Assembly: GCA_973895155.1 (NCBI GenBank)
Contig: OZ316894.1
Span: forward strand, 18,762,805-18,826,804
Origin: Marsupella aquatica
Lineage: Eukaryota > Plantae > Marchantiophyta
Length of the DNA: 64,000 nucleotides
Direction of reading: 5' to 3'
Shown: piece by piece, positions 48,569 to 62,923 of the stretch
How positions within the stretch are numbered: position 1 is the first letter of the stretch
Layout: every line of letters begins with the position of its first letter
Position numbers and translations under genes: made by a program
The notes under the pieces: model-generated
Seen by the model: only the letters and a program-made list of their open reading frames with translations
Told to the model about the DNA's origin: nothing
Database searches by the model: none

Positions 48569-49267
48569 GTAGATTCTTCATTATGATGATGTCAATTTCT
48601 TAATTGGACAACAGTGAAAAAAAGTTCTGAGCTGGAATGCGAGCCATGAACAGAGCTTATAGCAATTCATCCACCGCATAGCAATAGATAAAACAATAAA
48701 TAGATTTTTTTCTTCCCATATTTTGGAACTGGGAACAGAAAAACTGGGATAAACTAGAGAAGTAGAGAGAGAATTGGATGACCCCATCTGCAAATCGCGA
48801 CACTGTCGAAAAGGCCGAATCCATGGTTCGAAACAGTCCACTATTCAGTCGGCTTCCTTGATGGGTAACAGAGAGAGCTTCAGCAGAAAGAGAGAGATAC
48901 TAATCTCTAGGAAAGAACGAACATATTTTCGTCTAGGAAAGACGGAAGAAAAGGGGCAGGAAGAAGAGTGGGACAAGTTTTTCTGCCAAAGAGAGAGAAT
49001 TGGATGACCCCATCTGCAAATGCGGGCTGCAAATGGACAGGGTCAGAACCTAATAAGGAGTACAGATTTCGACCAAGGTGAAAAGCAGAGCTTGCACCGG
49101 ATCCCTGGTGCTTGAGTGAAGTGGTGAACGCAAAGAATTTGTCAAGAAGCAACTAGAGATTACTTGCCTTGGAAGAGAAATATGCTTTACGAAAGGTTCT
49201 AAAGCGTTTGTCACATGGAGAGATCTTTTGTATCGACGGAAATTTCGTGCCATTTGTTTATCCTGGG

Positions 49268-49520
49268 AGACACTTTCGATGTGGGAGGAGGTGTTGGTTC
49301 TCTCTGTTGCGCAATTGAATCCCGTGGAGAGGGGCTTTAGTCAGGCAACACGACACTTTCGACGTGGGAGGAAATGCTGGTTCTCTCGTTTGCGCTGTTT
49401 AAGCCCGTGGAGAGGGGATTTTGTCAGGTAACACGACACTTTCGATGTGGGAGGAAATGCTGGTTCTCTCCGTTGCGCAGTCTAATCCTATGGAGAGGGC
49501 TTTTCGTGAGGGTTACACGT
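49268..49520. repeat. Three copies of an approximately 83-bp tandem repeat
   Basis: GACACTTTCGA(T/C)GTGGGAGGA..TG(C/T)TGGTTCTCTC..TTGCGC..CC(C/T)(G/A)TGGAGAGGG occurs at about 49269, 49352 and 49435. Confidence 0.85.
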
Positions 49521-50361
49521 TCGCTAACAGATGATCTCTAGTTCATCAAGAGTTTCATCATTTTAGATAATTGAGGTTGTGAAGACTTCTGGATTTGCAA
49601 ATGAGGAACAGGATTATATCACCAGTCTTTTTCCCCCAAAAAAACTAGAACGAATGTTGCTTGCATCAATCTCAACCATTTTCTGTCACTCTACATGATA
49701 ATTAAAACCTGGCTGGGACAAATGATGGTGCATACTACCTACTGTAGGTACCAGACGAAGCATTATAGGATTGAGATTACATGTTAGACATTAAGGTAAG
49801 GGGGAAAAAGGGAAAACGTCGGCGGGGTTTAGGTAACACCGGTACAGGGGCTTGAGCTTCAGGTAGACCATAGGGGCCCGCTTATAATGACTGATACACC
49901 TTGCAAATGCAATGCGTTTTGTGATGAGTCTAGGTTTACTACAGGCCAAAGATCCAGAATTCAAGAACCCGTTCCTGTTGCGTAAATCTCACGTAGGGTA
50001 AGTCAGTTGTCACAATGCTTCCACTTCTTCATGATGAGTTTTACTCGAGTTCCTGTCATAACCCACATACTTCAATTATCCGGAAATTAGATACCACACT
50101 GAAGGTAGATTGTCCTTGAGCTCTAGGTTTAAACCTCATTGAAGCAGTGAACTAGACACTGGGTTGATTATCGCCTCTTGACATAAGCTTTATTATGGCC
50201 CTCTGTCACTTTACAAGATACTGTTCTCGATCGAGTCTTTCCACGAGTTTTTCCAATAATTACATCTCTGCTTCATAGAATGCCCTTCACTGAGAAATCA
50301 CGAATGTCGCCGTCGCTCTAGAATAAGGAAACCCTGCTTGGGAGTTCATGTTGCTGCTTTA

Positions 50362-53300
50362 TTAGACTTTCCGTGGCGTTCTTCCATGACGACTGAAGTA
50401 AACCAATGCCGAGAAAATAATCAAGACGTCCACAAGTAGAACCCCGACAGCGTCAAACACATATTTGGGAGCAAAGATACCCCACACCTGCAGCATATCA
50501 ATCAATTCAGTTCCATTCATGCACTAAAAATATCAATTGATGAAGGTCAGCCAAACATCAGCTAAGCTCAGGAACTAGGATAAGGGACCAATGAAGACCT
50601 TGACTGGAATTCAAGAAATGCCCCTCTGAAATCTTGAGCTCAGGTGGCTTTGCAACTAGACCTAGCTACATCACCGTGAGCATCAATTTCTGAATTGCTC
50701 TGGGGAAAAATAATTCAATGATCTCAATTATGAGAGTTGGGCGCTTTGCAGCTTTTACAAGTGAAGCCTAGTCATTCAAAAGTGAAGAGGAGTGATGAGG
50801 GAAGACCATTAAGTGTCGTCTTTGAATCCCAACACTTGCTGTTGTAACAGTCGTGACCAAAGCTTGCAGCAGGCCAAACCAAAGGTAACCCTGGACAGCA
50901 ATGATGAATGTCAACAGACAGAGCAAAGTGCATGATCACCGAAGACAATCTTGATGTGAATTGATGGTGCAACTATCTTGACTCTAAGTCTATCTATTTA
51001 TCATCAAATCCACTCTTTATATACAAGGGTCTCAGTGATTTTTGATATCCAATCAATAGGTGCAAGAGGATAAGGTCACAGGGTTTGAGAATATGACCTT
51101 TGAGATGTCTAAGATGACAGCTCTTTCTTTATATTCTTGTCCACGAGGAGCATCAACGACTCCTAGCGCAAGGAGGGGAAGTCCCATAACGAGAAAAAAA
51201 TGGGACGCCCCAAATGTCTCAGTGGCAAGTAGCACACCCTGTTGGAAGAATCCAAAATCATCAAAACTGAAACATGCCAAATCACAAGCAACCAGATTAG
51301 ATATTGTAGCACTGCCATTTACATTAAACCTTTCAGACAATCATATCAAACAATAAGCGCAAAGGGCCCCGTCGTTCAGACATTCTGTTTGGCATGTTTT
51401 GTAATGCTCACCCAATGAATGCCGCAGAGTAATGAAGCCCATCAAATGCACAGCTGCAGCAACCAAAACCAATAAAACTTAACATTGCAGTATTTAAAAG
51501 AACGCTGGTTGGTTTCAGGTGATTTCTAACACTAGAACATATATAAGCGTCAACCTTTGAAATGTAGCAGTTAGGCTCCTTGCATTCCTGAAGCGAAATA
51601 AAGCTGCTCTAATATCACACCGGACTACCTATCATATATAGGCAAACCGAAGTTAAACAGTTTTTGCCCTTTTGGCCTAATACATTAACTCCGTAATTAA
51701 CAAAATCTCCTTAACTGAGATGAAAACCTCCCACTGACCTATGTCCAGTACAGAAGAAAAGTTGTGCGGAAATCAAACTCCAGTCAACTGTTGCTCTAAA
51801 GCATGACTTCATCTTTGTTTCATCCTCAGCTCCAGGATTATCGTTTTCTATTATTTTTATTCCAGATGACGACGTCATACTTTGAAGGTTCAAGAAGATC
51901 CAAACTGCCAATCAACGGAGTTAGATCATTAGTTCCAAGCTTTACAATTTATTATAAAAACAATTCCAAGCTTCACATTTTAGTTCTTCAGTTGGGCGGG
52001 ATGGAAAATGCCGGAAGTACAACAGCCAAAAGGCATAAGGGAACAGGGAACAGGAATGTGCTACAAAATTATACTCAACAATACCAATAATCTCCTAGAG
52101 GACAACAAAATGTCAAGAGAGTAACACTACTATTCTTCTGAGTGTCCTCTTCATCGAAAACGGAATATAAAACGTGAAAGATCTCTGCGAATAATTGCAA
52201 AGGACATGAATGATTAACCTCATGTGGTCTAAACATTGTTTCAAACAGATTGGACCTACCTTCTAGAACAACCAGCAGTGTTAGCAAGGGTCCCTTTCTT
52301 CCCAGGAGAAGTACAACAGTTCCACTAGCTCCAGCAAGCAGAGAAGTGCTCTCCATACCCACAAAATCCCTGTAGTTAGCGTTGTTTTCATCTATTCCTA
52401 TGCCGCAGCGCTTGCCTGCTATACCAGCAGTCAAAATGAGCAAGGCACTTGTTGCATACACTAGGCGAGGAAGTTGCAGCCGAGTGAATTGTATAAAGGT
52501 ATCTGAGAAGCTCAGAAGTTCACCACTTGAAATATCCGCCACTAGCCAGTGCAAGCCAATCAAACAATTTGTAATTGCCACTCCGATGGAGACCAATCGC
52601 CAAACAAGATTTTTCTTGGACTTCAGGTTTGGCAACCATGAAAGAATGCCAAGAGGTACAATAATTGTTGTAAATGTCAATATAATTTGTTTGAGAACAC
52701 CTGACATTGCGTCTTGATTTGCACCTTTGCTCCCTCCAGAAACAACACCCTTAAAGATATTAAGCGTGTGAACCTTTGGTATTATCCAGATAAGCGCAAG
52801 GAAACAAATAGCCTGCAAGAAATTGTAGCTCAAATATCGTCAAATAGCTAGGAAGCCACCAAGAGATACTCTCAAAACATCACTGGCTTACATTCTGTGT
52901 ACATTGCAAGTAGTACCACTGCACATTTAGGAGGTTTTCTTGGAAAATACCACTTTGCAATAATTCTCTGTTATACTCATGCACTCATCAACATGGGTTA
53001 GAAACCAGTCAAAAGCCAGAACAGATAGCGATCACTTCCTCCAGACAATCTTTCTCTATCCCACTGAATCCCAAGGGAGTTGACCTTCATCATTCAATCA
53101 TTATCTGTGCGGGCGGTACATACGGCAGCCAATATAAGACAGTTAGATTAGGCAGCAATCTCACCTGGAGAAGCTTGGACTGGGTCTGGATAGCAGAACG
53201 AAGATAAAGGAGGCCTGAAGAACTAATCAGGAAATATATCACCAGTCCTTCAGCAACTGCTCACAGCGAAAAGAAGAGCAAATAAGATCACGTTTTAGTA

Positions 53301-56300
53301 CCTATCACGATATTAATGAGTAATGTTGGCACATCCTCTGACAATCCTCTTCCAAAAGTCCCGAGAGTGTAGTAAAACAGAACCCCTGGCTGATTGTCTT
53401 TGGAGACCACCCAAATTGCTATCTCAGCAGAAAGATATATGAAACAATCAAAATACTTCATGTCCCAGCAGAATGACAATTGCACATGAAATGATAGGGT
53501 AAGAGGAACATGCCAATGTAGCTATTTGAGAAAAGGCTGAATAAATGAAGCGCCACCAATAGAGAAGTCGCCATTGTTCTGAGGTCCATTAGATGGAGTG
53601 CATCAGCACTGCCCCGTTGTTTCTTTTGATGGACTTCTTGGACATCATCTGACTCATTGATGATTTCCTTAACAGACATGCCTTGAGAAGGTATACAGTA
53701 ATAAGCGCGCCAAAATGCTGTAACGATAACAATGAGAAACACTGCTCCAAGAGACTCCTTTGCGTAACTAAAAGTCAGGTCAACGGATATTTTCTGGAGC
53801 ATTGGTTGTAGAACAACTGTGGTAGCGGTCAGTCCCGCACAGGATAGGCTACCCAAGAGCATCACCCTTGAGGGTACTAGCTTCTCAAAACCCGGTGAAC
53901 TATTATGATTCAGGTTGTATAAGGCCAATCCACGAATGGCTAAACTGGTTATCAGGAGTAAGAAACCCACAACCATCCACTCAATCCCAAACTGAGTCCA
54001 CTGTGAGCGGGCAAGAGAGGCTGCAGCTGACAGATATTCGCCATAGACATCAATCTGCTCTCTCACAGCTAAAATGGCCCCTAGAATTACATCCTCCCTC
54101 GCTTGAGCATCCTTTGCAGATATCCAGCTGTTCTCTACACCTGTAATCCCATCTATTCCCATTTGAGCCTTCGTATAGAGATTCTCCAAGCGTACCAGAT
54201 CCTGAGGCGGGAACCCTGTAATTGCAGATTTTGAATAGACTTCAAAATATCGTCTCACCTGCGCTCCAAACGCAAATGTTTTATGCGTTAAACCATGAGC
54301 ATGGATACAAATAATGAGTGCTCACTATTTATGGGAGGAGAACTGAGGGTAGGGTCTCACCTGCCAGCTGTTCACACAAAGAACTTCCTGGTATCGATCC
54401 ATCCACTCAAGAGATGACAAAAGCACTTCCTTCTCACTAGAGCTTTGATCGATTGAGGCTCCCTTCCCAGAAACTAGGGAATAGAGGTCAGCGTTCACAT
54501 GTCCGACACTACACAAGAATACAACGCAGTGTTGACATTGTGCTGCACTTGCAAGAATATTCTTGAGGTGTTCAAAATCAGTTGACAAACTTGTGGAACT
54601 AAATATAAGGGCGTCGAAAGATACTACGACTTAGATACATAAGAAAACTACGCTTTCCAGACGGGGCACATGAGACCCTTCCAAAGTGGTAGCACCGTTG
54701 TAAGAATAGACGGCTGTGTACACAGGAAGCAATTTAGAGGCAGTTTTGTACCTTCCGAACGGAAAAGGAACACCAAGAAGGGCTGCTAATGTCACAGAAA
54801 AATCCAACTGCAGAACAAGCATCCACAATCAGCTTTGACCAATCTTCGTAAAGGGGGGACATTAAAGTAGTGCTGCAGTCCTCTGTTATTATTTATTGAG
54901 TTATACAGAAATTTAACTGACCTGAGAGAACGTGCTGATGCAACCACTGACCGGATCTTCCTGGAACAGAAAAGAACATGTTCAATTTCACACTACTTGA
55001 GGGGAGATTGTAATTGTTGTGACAAAAGCTGAAAAATCGTTCGAACTGCCAAACAGAGGACGGTCATTTCTGCCTTACCGACAACAAAGCTCCTACTGGA
55101 CAAATGAAGCAAAAACTATAAAACCCTCAACAAACTCCGAGCAGCGTCGCTAACATAGGAGAATGTTCTATGCCTTCTATCCTTAACATGATTCTTGAGC
55201 AACGCCATTCAACCGTAAGCACGAAGAGGAAGTATGCTGCATACTAAAACTTCATTGATTTGGTAATTACCAAGTCACATGAAGAAGGGACCGTATTGCG
55301 ACTAAATGAGCTTGGCAAGTCATGAGTACTCATAGCAAAAAGAGCAGTCTCCACCTGTACAATCAAACCTGCTCCGTGAATACTACACCCAAGATGTTTA
55401 GTAAGACATCTACCTCATGTTTTCATCTGTACTGCCAACCAAAGATTTACAGCTTTGGGCCGTTTCTATGAATTCCTTTCGCATAACCGTCAACGTTCTT
55501 CTGTTTCGTCACACCCTGTAACCCAGCAAAGCTAAGAATACCGTGGCGACAAAAGGATAGATCACTATTTGTCAGCCACATATTTCGGACAGCAGTGAGT
55601 AATCGCCTGCTTGTACACTGCACTCCCATAAATAAAGGTGGACAGAAATTTGTATTTTGATTTTCCCAAAAGCAATTGACTCTACCTAAATAAGTACGAC
55701 CAACACAATATATTAAGGTGTATGAAAAATAACCAGACTTCAGTGCCACTTCTGTAGCTGAACATCTTTGGCTCATGAATAGAACATTGATATAACCTCA
55801 AAATCTCTCAACTGGGCAAGAGAACTCAGAGAAATGACTTCAGGGTGGAACGGACCTCTTCAGGAGTGCCTCCACCATGATCTCCGTTCAAAGTTTGCCC
55901 ATGATCTCCCATCACAATTAATAATGTATCTTCAAATACACCACCAGGCTTTGACATATTTCGCAACCCTTTCACTACATCCTGCATCCGTGAGGTGTAC
56001 GTGCTAATTGACGTTCAATGAACACCATGTAACTCATGCAAAAGCCTCTTTATAGAGCTTGACACACTGAAGTCGGAAGTAATGACAAACATTCAGCAGG
56101 ACGGAATAACGTGCGCAAGCATCGTTGCTTTGATACCACACGCATGCATATAGCAAAAATCAAGGATAACATTTACCTCTATAACTTTGTTGTACTGATC
56201 CAGCTTTTCGGGCATCAAAGGAGACTCCACGCCAAAGATATGACCTACATGGTCCTGTAATTTACACAGAAATCCACAGCATGGAGCAGACTCGAAAAAA

Positions 56301-58998
56301 AACAAGTCTATGCAAAAGGGCAGGCTTTCAGATAAATGTGACATTGTAACTTCTCAGCCGTTTTCCGCGTGCAGGATTGCCAACTGATGAAGAATAAAAT
56401 ATTCAGGATTTAACCGTTCTTCGTGGCTGATGCTTGTTGACTTTTGACAGAAACATTCATTCTGAGTCTGTAACTTTATCGTTGAATGATTAGCTAAAAG
56501 AAACGTGTAACCCATCAGAAATGAGTGACCGACAACACAGTACAGGCAAGTGTCCAAAACAGTATGTGGTACGAGAGAAGAAACAAAGCTAGTCGGACAT
56601 CATGCCTCGTAAACAAGGAAAGTACCACGCCGAGAAAGTGTGCAATGAGCACATCCCAATCATTTCGAAGTAGGGCAGGAAAAAGTTCTCGTATTACGCC
56701 ATCGTCGACCTGCCAAATCAGAGATTCCACGTTTGTCACAGGCGAATGTGAAGACATTCACTGCTTTGATTGTCATACCTGAGAAAAAGAATGTGAATTA
56801 ACTTTGGGAAACGGTTTTTAACGTGTACAATTATGGTAATAGACTCAGCACAGTTGATTGCGTTTATAATTAAAGAAATGTTCTGACAGGCATTAGCATC
56901 GGTAAGACTGAGGATTTTGAAGTATAAGAGTTCTGACGAGCGCATACTGTGTGAAGGTCTTTGACGTTGAATGAAGGGAAAGGGTATGCCTCCACAAATT
57001 GGGTGGGGAAAAGTTGCATCCAAGTGTCATCACCCATCATAATGACTTTCTTCCCTGTTCTGGCTAACTGCACAAACAATATCAAGCAGATATAGATCCC
57101 ACATTTGAAACTTATCTGAAGCTTTTGTTTTTATTGAATTTGTAAGAGTGTGGTTGAGTCAAACAGTTCTCATGGAATGCAAGGCTTAGATAATCATTAA
57201 CACATACTACTGTTTGCCCAATCAAAGTTTGCCGTCACGAGCCCTGACATATTACCCTAGCAGTGGTGAAATGGATTCGTGAGGGAGGTAAACGAAATTA
57301 TCGAATGTCACCTGCAAAATTAGGTTGTCTTCGACTATAGCTGGCGCTCCAAAACTGTGGCCAATGTCAATGAAGGTAGGTAGACCACCAGTTGTCAGAC
57401 CCTGTACTCCCCAATCGCAAAATCCAGTAAGTTTACATTAGCTCAATGCTTCGGTGCCTGGTGTTTCCTGTCCAACAGGCTATCTAGAGTGCTCTAGTCT
57501 GAAGGGACTCTGTCTGGACATAAAATTGACTAGAAGCCCGTACTCTGATTGTAGGTGCTTTTATGGATTACTGATAGGCACAAACAGACCAACTAGAACA
57601 AGGAAGAGAAAATAGCAACACACTTTATCTCACCTTCAGTCTCTGAAGTGTGGTGGTTGGCGGATCTGCAATGAATTTAAAAATCCGGGCAGTCCTGTTT
57701 TTCTCTTCAACGTTATGCTGTAAGACATGCAGTCTGTTCATCCATGGCTTTCGTTCTAAAATTCAAAGACAAAAGTGTCAGCCAAGCAAGACCCTTTTTA
57801 GTGTCTGAATCTTGATAAAACACTTGAATCTGAGCCGGCAGAGTCTTTTCGGTCTCTAATGGATACCGGTCGCATCAAGGTTCGAATGCATGATTGCCTT
57901 GTTGCCAGGAATGACCAAAATCCGGACCTACTGCTACACCTCAGCATGGAAAATCCAGAGACAGTCCCACAAAAGCATATTCAAGGAGCTACTGTACAGC
58001 ATTCAGAGGTCAACTACTATAGAGCATTCAGGTCTTAGATACTCATGAAGTAAATGTGCCTTTTGTGGCTGTGGGAACGACCTGAAGCAATCAGTCATAC
58101 GGCATCGGGATAAATCATGCTAGTCTTTTCTTGCACATTCTTCACTTCTCTTTAGCTGCAGTTGCCCTTCTAAAATGGCTCCTTTGCCTCTCAAGCGAGA
58201 GTTCGCGTTTTCATCACAAACAAGCTGCTCAGAATCTAAGCAATTTTCTGTTTTCTTGAAAAGTACTCACCTCCTGGAAAGTTCCGGCTATGTGCAACAA
58301 AGTCAAACCTGCCAATAATCACATGCTATCAGGCTGCAGCCGACGCCGTCACGACATAACATTAACCGTTTAAATCTCTTCATAACCTTGCCCCTTGTTT
58401 GGGCGATTTCGATGAAAATATCAAACCCCTAAACCCAGGATAGAAAGCGAACTGAGGATTAAAGTGAACCAATATAATGGAAATCGAACTGGCATCTCGA
58501 TAACCTAGGTAAAGCAGCCATCTGCCTAAAAGTGCAATCTCTGATATTTTATGCTGATAGCACTTGTTTCAATCCAATGCAGGAGAAAGTTCTCTAAACA
58601 ACTGACACAATTGCAAAAGTGAGGACCACAAACCTCAGAGCATCGATAATGAGAATAACAGCTTTCTTGATAGCCGGCCTTGTCCAGCATTTCCGATCAT
58701 TGTTCTCATCAATTGCTTCTTCAAGCTCTCCGTCGTCCAACCTGCTCTCGAGGTCAGATACTTCATGGATACTTTCAGCATTCGGGACCTTCTCCACGAG
58801 GTGCTTGGGATTCAGATATTGAAGACGGTGTTCAAAACAGGTGGAAGGGCACTGAGCTATATCAGAGCAGTTGCTGAACTCGGAGAGTTCGGTCCTGGTC
58901 AGGAGAAACCCACGCGTAAAGAAGAAGACTGCTGTTCCATCTAGGATCAACAACAACATGAACAGGCTGAGGCAGCGACAAGCCAAGGAACTTGCCAT
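50362..58998 (-). CDS. PIGO: GPI ethanolamine phosphate transferase 3 (PIG-O/Gpi13), about 20 exons
   Basis: [131 protein letters not shown], stop at 50364-50362. Confidence 0.95.
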
Positions 58999-61494
58999 CA
59001 GACCTCGCCAGACAGCCAGGCAGCCTGTCTGCCTGCCGAGTGGCTAGCTCAGTAGATGATGCCAAGGTCTGTACTTATCAAATTCAACGTTGCACAGTAA
59101 CGTCCAACATGAAAAATGCAAAAGGCATCATCATTCTCGTTTATGATTGACCTTGCAAATGGGGTGGGAGGACGGTATGTCACTCCAGCTTTCAAATCCC
59201 ACTGTCGAAATCAAACCCTTTCTGTCCAATTGGTGTCAATCTGTCTCTGTTTTGGTAATCATCACTCACACGGCAGATAAAGGGTTTACTGCTAATCAGG
59301 CAGTAACGTGTCAGAGGAATTTAGAGTGACCAGCATTGGTTCCTGCAAATGACTAAACGGCGCCGCTCTAATCCAGAATGAAGGTGGCAGCAGAAAAATT
59401 CGCTCCCCTGACCTTGAGGCTTCAATTTATCCGACGGACACGTCCCCGTCAAGTACTTCTTCCAGCAAAAACCACTCTATGCTGTGGAGTAGAGCAACTT
59501 CTCCAATTTCTAAGCCCCACACAATTGGTGCTACCGCCACTACCCTTGCAAATAGTCGCCATCCTGCTCCAATTACGTGCAGCGATGTAAAACGTGCCCT
59601 ACTTTGCCGCTGCTGACCAGAGCCGCCAATAATGCAACATCCTAAATGCAGTGGGGCTTTTCCTCCCGTGAGCTCACCGTTGCAGAGTTGCTGTAGAGCT
59701 ATAAATTGGATGAATGTCTCACATAATGGATCCGGTACATCCTGACTGAACGACAGTCCACCATTCTGCAGTCAGTTGTAGAGTTGTTAAAAATCCACTA
59801 GGTTGAATCAAGTATCGAAATTTACAGCTACGAGAGAGGAGCAAAAGGGAACAGAGGAGTGGAGACGAGGGTGTCATCGTCATCTAACAAGCTCAGGGTG
59901 GAGGATGAGAATGACTCTCAATTAAATCCCCGTTGATGTTGGAAGTTCAGTGAGTACTACTGTACGTACGACCCACTTTGATGAGTACCTTTATGTCTCT
60001 GTAGCGTTTGCTCGATGGAAATTGTGAGGGAAAAAGTGAGAAGCCCACACACACTTGGAGCCCATAGGGTGTGGCTTGCTCAGTAGCATTGATTTTGTGC
60101 TGGACTGGATTGGATGTGAAGGTGAAGAAACTCCCATGTAATGTCCATCCTGTGAGAATCGCAATTTCCCAAACAGAGGTAGGAAGGATAGTTCCGAGGT
60201 TGTGAGAGAATGCCAGGTTGAGACATGCAGATAATTAGAAAACGTGTTGGGAGAAAAGATTCAATCACTTCTGGCAATTGGTAAGATATTGGCAATTCCG
60301 AAGCTCAAATTTTATTTGAAGTTATTGAGGAACCCAAGGGTTGAGGTAGACTGGTTGGAAAGCTCTTTGACCCAACTTAGTGTTTCAGTAATTCTTTTCA
60401 CATGACAGGCGCTTGAAATTCTAGATGTACATTTAGACAAATGTTTCTTTCGCTTGTCAATACTTGGTCAAGGTGAAGAGGTACTGATTTGCTCTTCCCA
60501 AGTGATTCGTAAGAGAGTTACTAAAAGTACTAGTTGCGTCTCAGTCCTCAACATATGGTCCCTTACCTTCGGCCATGGCATTGTTCTTGTGAAAGATTGT
60601 AGAAGTTGTTTCTTACCTTGTGATATGGATGAAAGAATAATTTGCTTTTTATGAGATGATCAATGTCAATATCCATGTCATGATCAGTGTCAATGTCAAT
60701 ATCAGTTCAATATTGAGATGAGATGACATTGACATTGATCTACGACTCAAGAGTGATCTACCGCTCAAAATGTAGTCTCTCCAAGATCTACATGCGATCT
60801 ACATTCCACCAAAACAGCATCTAAAGATAGTTCATATTTTTTGAGAAATCACCAGAAAAACATTTTTAAAGACTACGGTAGGGTCATATGATGGGAAGTG
60901 ACTGAGAGAGCTTGCAGGGTAGGTCCAGTGTTCACCTAGGCAAATGAACCTTTTCATAGTGGCAGCTGTGGCTTAAGGGAGTTTATCAGCTCACAAGATG
61001 CCCCAGCTGGTGAGGGCTCTAGACTTGGGCCTGAAGAAGTCCTGGGTCACCAGAAGTCGAGCACATCCACATGGAGTAGGCGACAAACACAGCCAAAGTT
61101 GAGGTGTCAAATTCGACACTTCCAACCGTGGAAGGTTCGACGCTTCTTGGCCAATCTAGGCTAGATCATGTGGACGTTCAAACATGGAAGTCACTTAGTG
61201 TACACATATCGTTCAAATTACCGAACTAGGGCCATCTGATACCCTGCCTTCTTGCGTGCTGGGACAAACACAAAGAGCGTTGGGAGCTCCTTTTACCTCG
61301 CTGATCAGAGGGAAGCTGTAACCAGTTTCTCCAAGACCTTCCTTGAATGAGTGGCTCATCCCTGGGTGCAGCCCATTGACCATCTCTACAATTTGAGGGC
61401 TCGTCACGAATGGAAAGACTAAATCGTTGTTTGACATATGTAGGGAACTTGGCAGAGCGAGCCCTGAATGCTTGTCTGGAAACCGAAAAGGAGG

Positions 61495-62923
61495 GCATGC
61501 GGGTGCTCGCGACCGGGGCTGCAGGATTTGTGGGAACTCACGTCTCTCTTGCGCTGAAGAGAAGAGGTGACGGAGTTGTGGGCATAGATGATTTCAACAA
61601 TTACTATGACCCCTCGCTCCAACACGAGTTTGTTGAAAACATTGTTTTGAGTTGGTCCCGTTCACGCATGTCATGCATTTGGGAGCTCAGGCTGGGGTGA
61701 GATATTCTCGATGCAATCCACTGTCCTACGTGCACAGCAACATCGCAGGGTTGGTCAATCAGCTTGAAGTGTGCATCAAAGCCAATCCAATGCCTGTTGT
61801 CGTGTGAGCATCATCAAGCGCTGTCTACGGTTTGAACACCAAGGTTCCATTCTCAGAGAGTGATCGAACAGATCAGCCAGCAACCCGCCAGCGAGCTTCT
61901 ATGCAGGGACAAAAAAAGCAGGAGAGGGGATTTTGCACACTTACAAGCACATATATGGCCTTTCAGCCACCGCTTGACGGTTTTCCACAGTATACCGACA
62001 GTGGGGACATCCAGACATGTCCTACTTTGCCTTCACTCGAGACCTTCTCCAGGGAAAGCCGATCACCATTCACCAGGGCCAAGACAAGACTGATCTTGCG
62101 CGAGACTTCACCTACATTGATGATGTTGTGAAAGGATGTGTGTCGTCCTTGTCCAGTGCTAAAACAAGTACGGGAAGTGGAGGTAACAAGATGGGTCCCG
62201 CCCAGCTCCGAGTTTCTATCTGGACAACACTTTCCCAGTCATGGTGCACACTCTGGTGGAGATCCTGGCCCTCTTGAGCTGGGCAAATTTAGGTGTTGCC
62301 CAACACCTCCACTCCGGTTCCAAACTGGGCCAAAAGACCCATATTCCTCAACCGGTCCCAAATTCTCCCAAACCCCTTCCCAAACCTTTCCTGGGCTCCC
62401 CAGGAGTCCCCACTTTAGCCAGCAGGTCTCCCAGTTTGGGGTTGGGGTCAGGATGGGGTTGGGTTGGGTTGGGGCGGGGTTGGGACCAGGTCGGGACAAG
62501 ATGTGGACCGGGCGGAGTCAGGATGGGGTTGGGGACCAGGCAGGGTCAGGACGGGGTTGGGCCGGGATGTGGTTGGGGTGGGGTCGGGACCGGGCAGTCG
62601 GGACAACCACATGTGACGGATGACTGGGTCCAGACCCCTCATTTGCTGGGCAAGTCCAAACCGGAGATCCTGGATACTCATCTTGGCAAGCAGGCAAAGA
62701 CAGTCCTGGTTAACATGCATGGGCGAGAATGGTGGTGACGTCTCCATTCACAAATGTGTCTCTGGCTGAAGCTGAACTTGGATACCAGCCCACCACAGAT
62801 CTCAAGACTGGCTTGAAGCATTTTGTTGATTGGTACTTGCAATTCTATGGTACCTCAAGATCAACAAGAAGTTACATTTTGGCAATAAAATGGTACATTT
62901 TTGCAATTATAATGGCAGGATAG
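61495..62923 (+). pseudogene. UDP-glucuronate 4-epimerase (GAE family) pseudogene
   Basis: VLATGAAGFVGTHVSLALKRRGDGVVG, YYDPSL, YGLNTKVPFSESDRTDQPA, ARDFTYIDD, STGSGG..GPAQLRV, ELGYQPTTDLKTGL. It has a deletion after DPSL, a TGA at a conserved Trp (about 61805), several frameshifts and an insertion. Confidence 0.92.
62269..62662. mobile_element. About 394-bp non-coding insertion with a target-site duplication (possible non-autonomous DNA transposon)
   Basis: GGAGATCCTGG duplicated at 62258-62268 and 62663-62673; GAE homology resumes exactly after the second copy. Confidence 0.75.

Noticed and set aside
61495-62923. GAE as a processed retro-pseudogene
   Set aside because: Plant GAE genes are normally intronless and no adjacent poly(A) tail or TSD was seen, so the lack of introns is uninformative.
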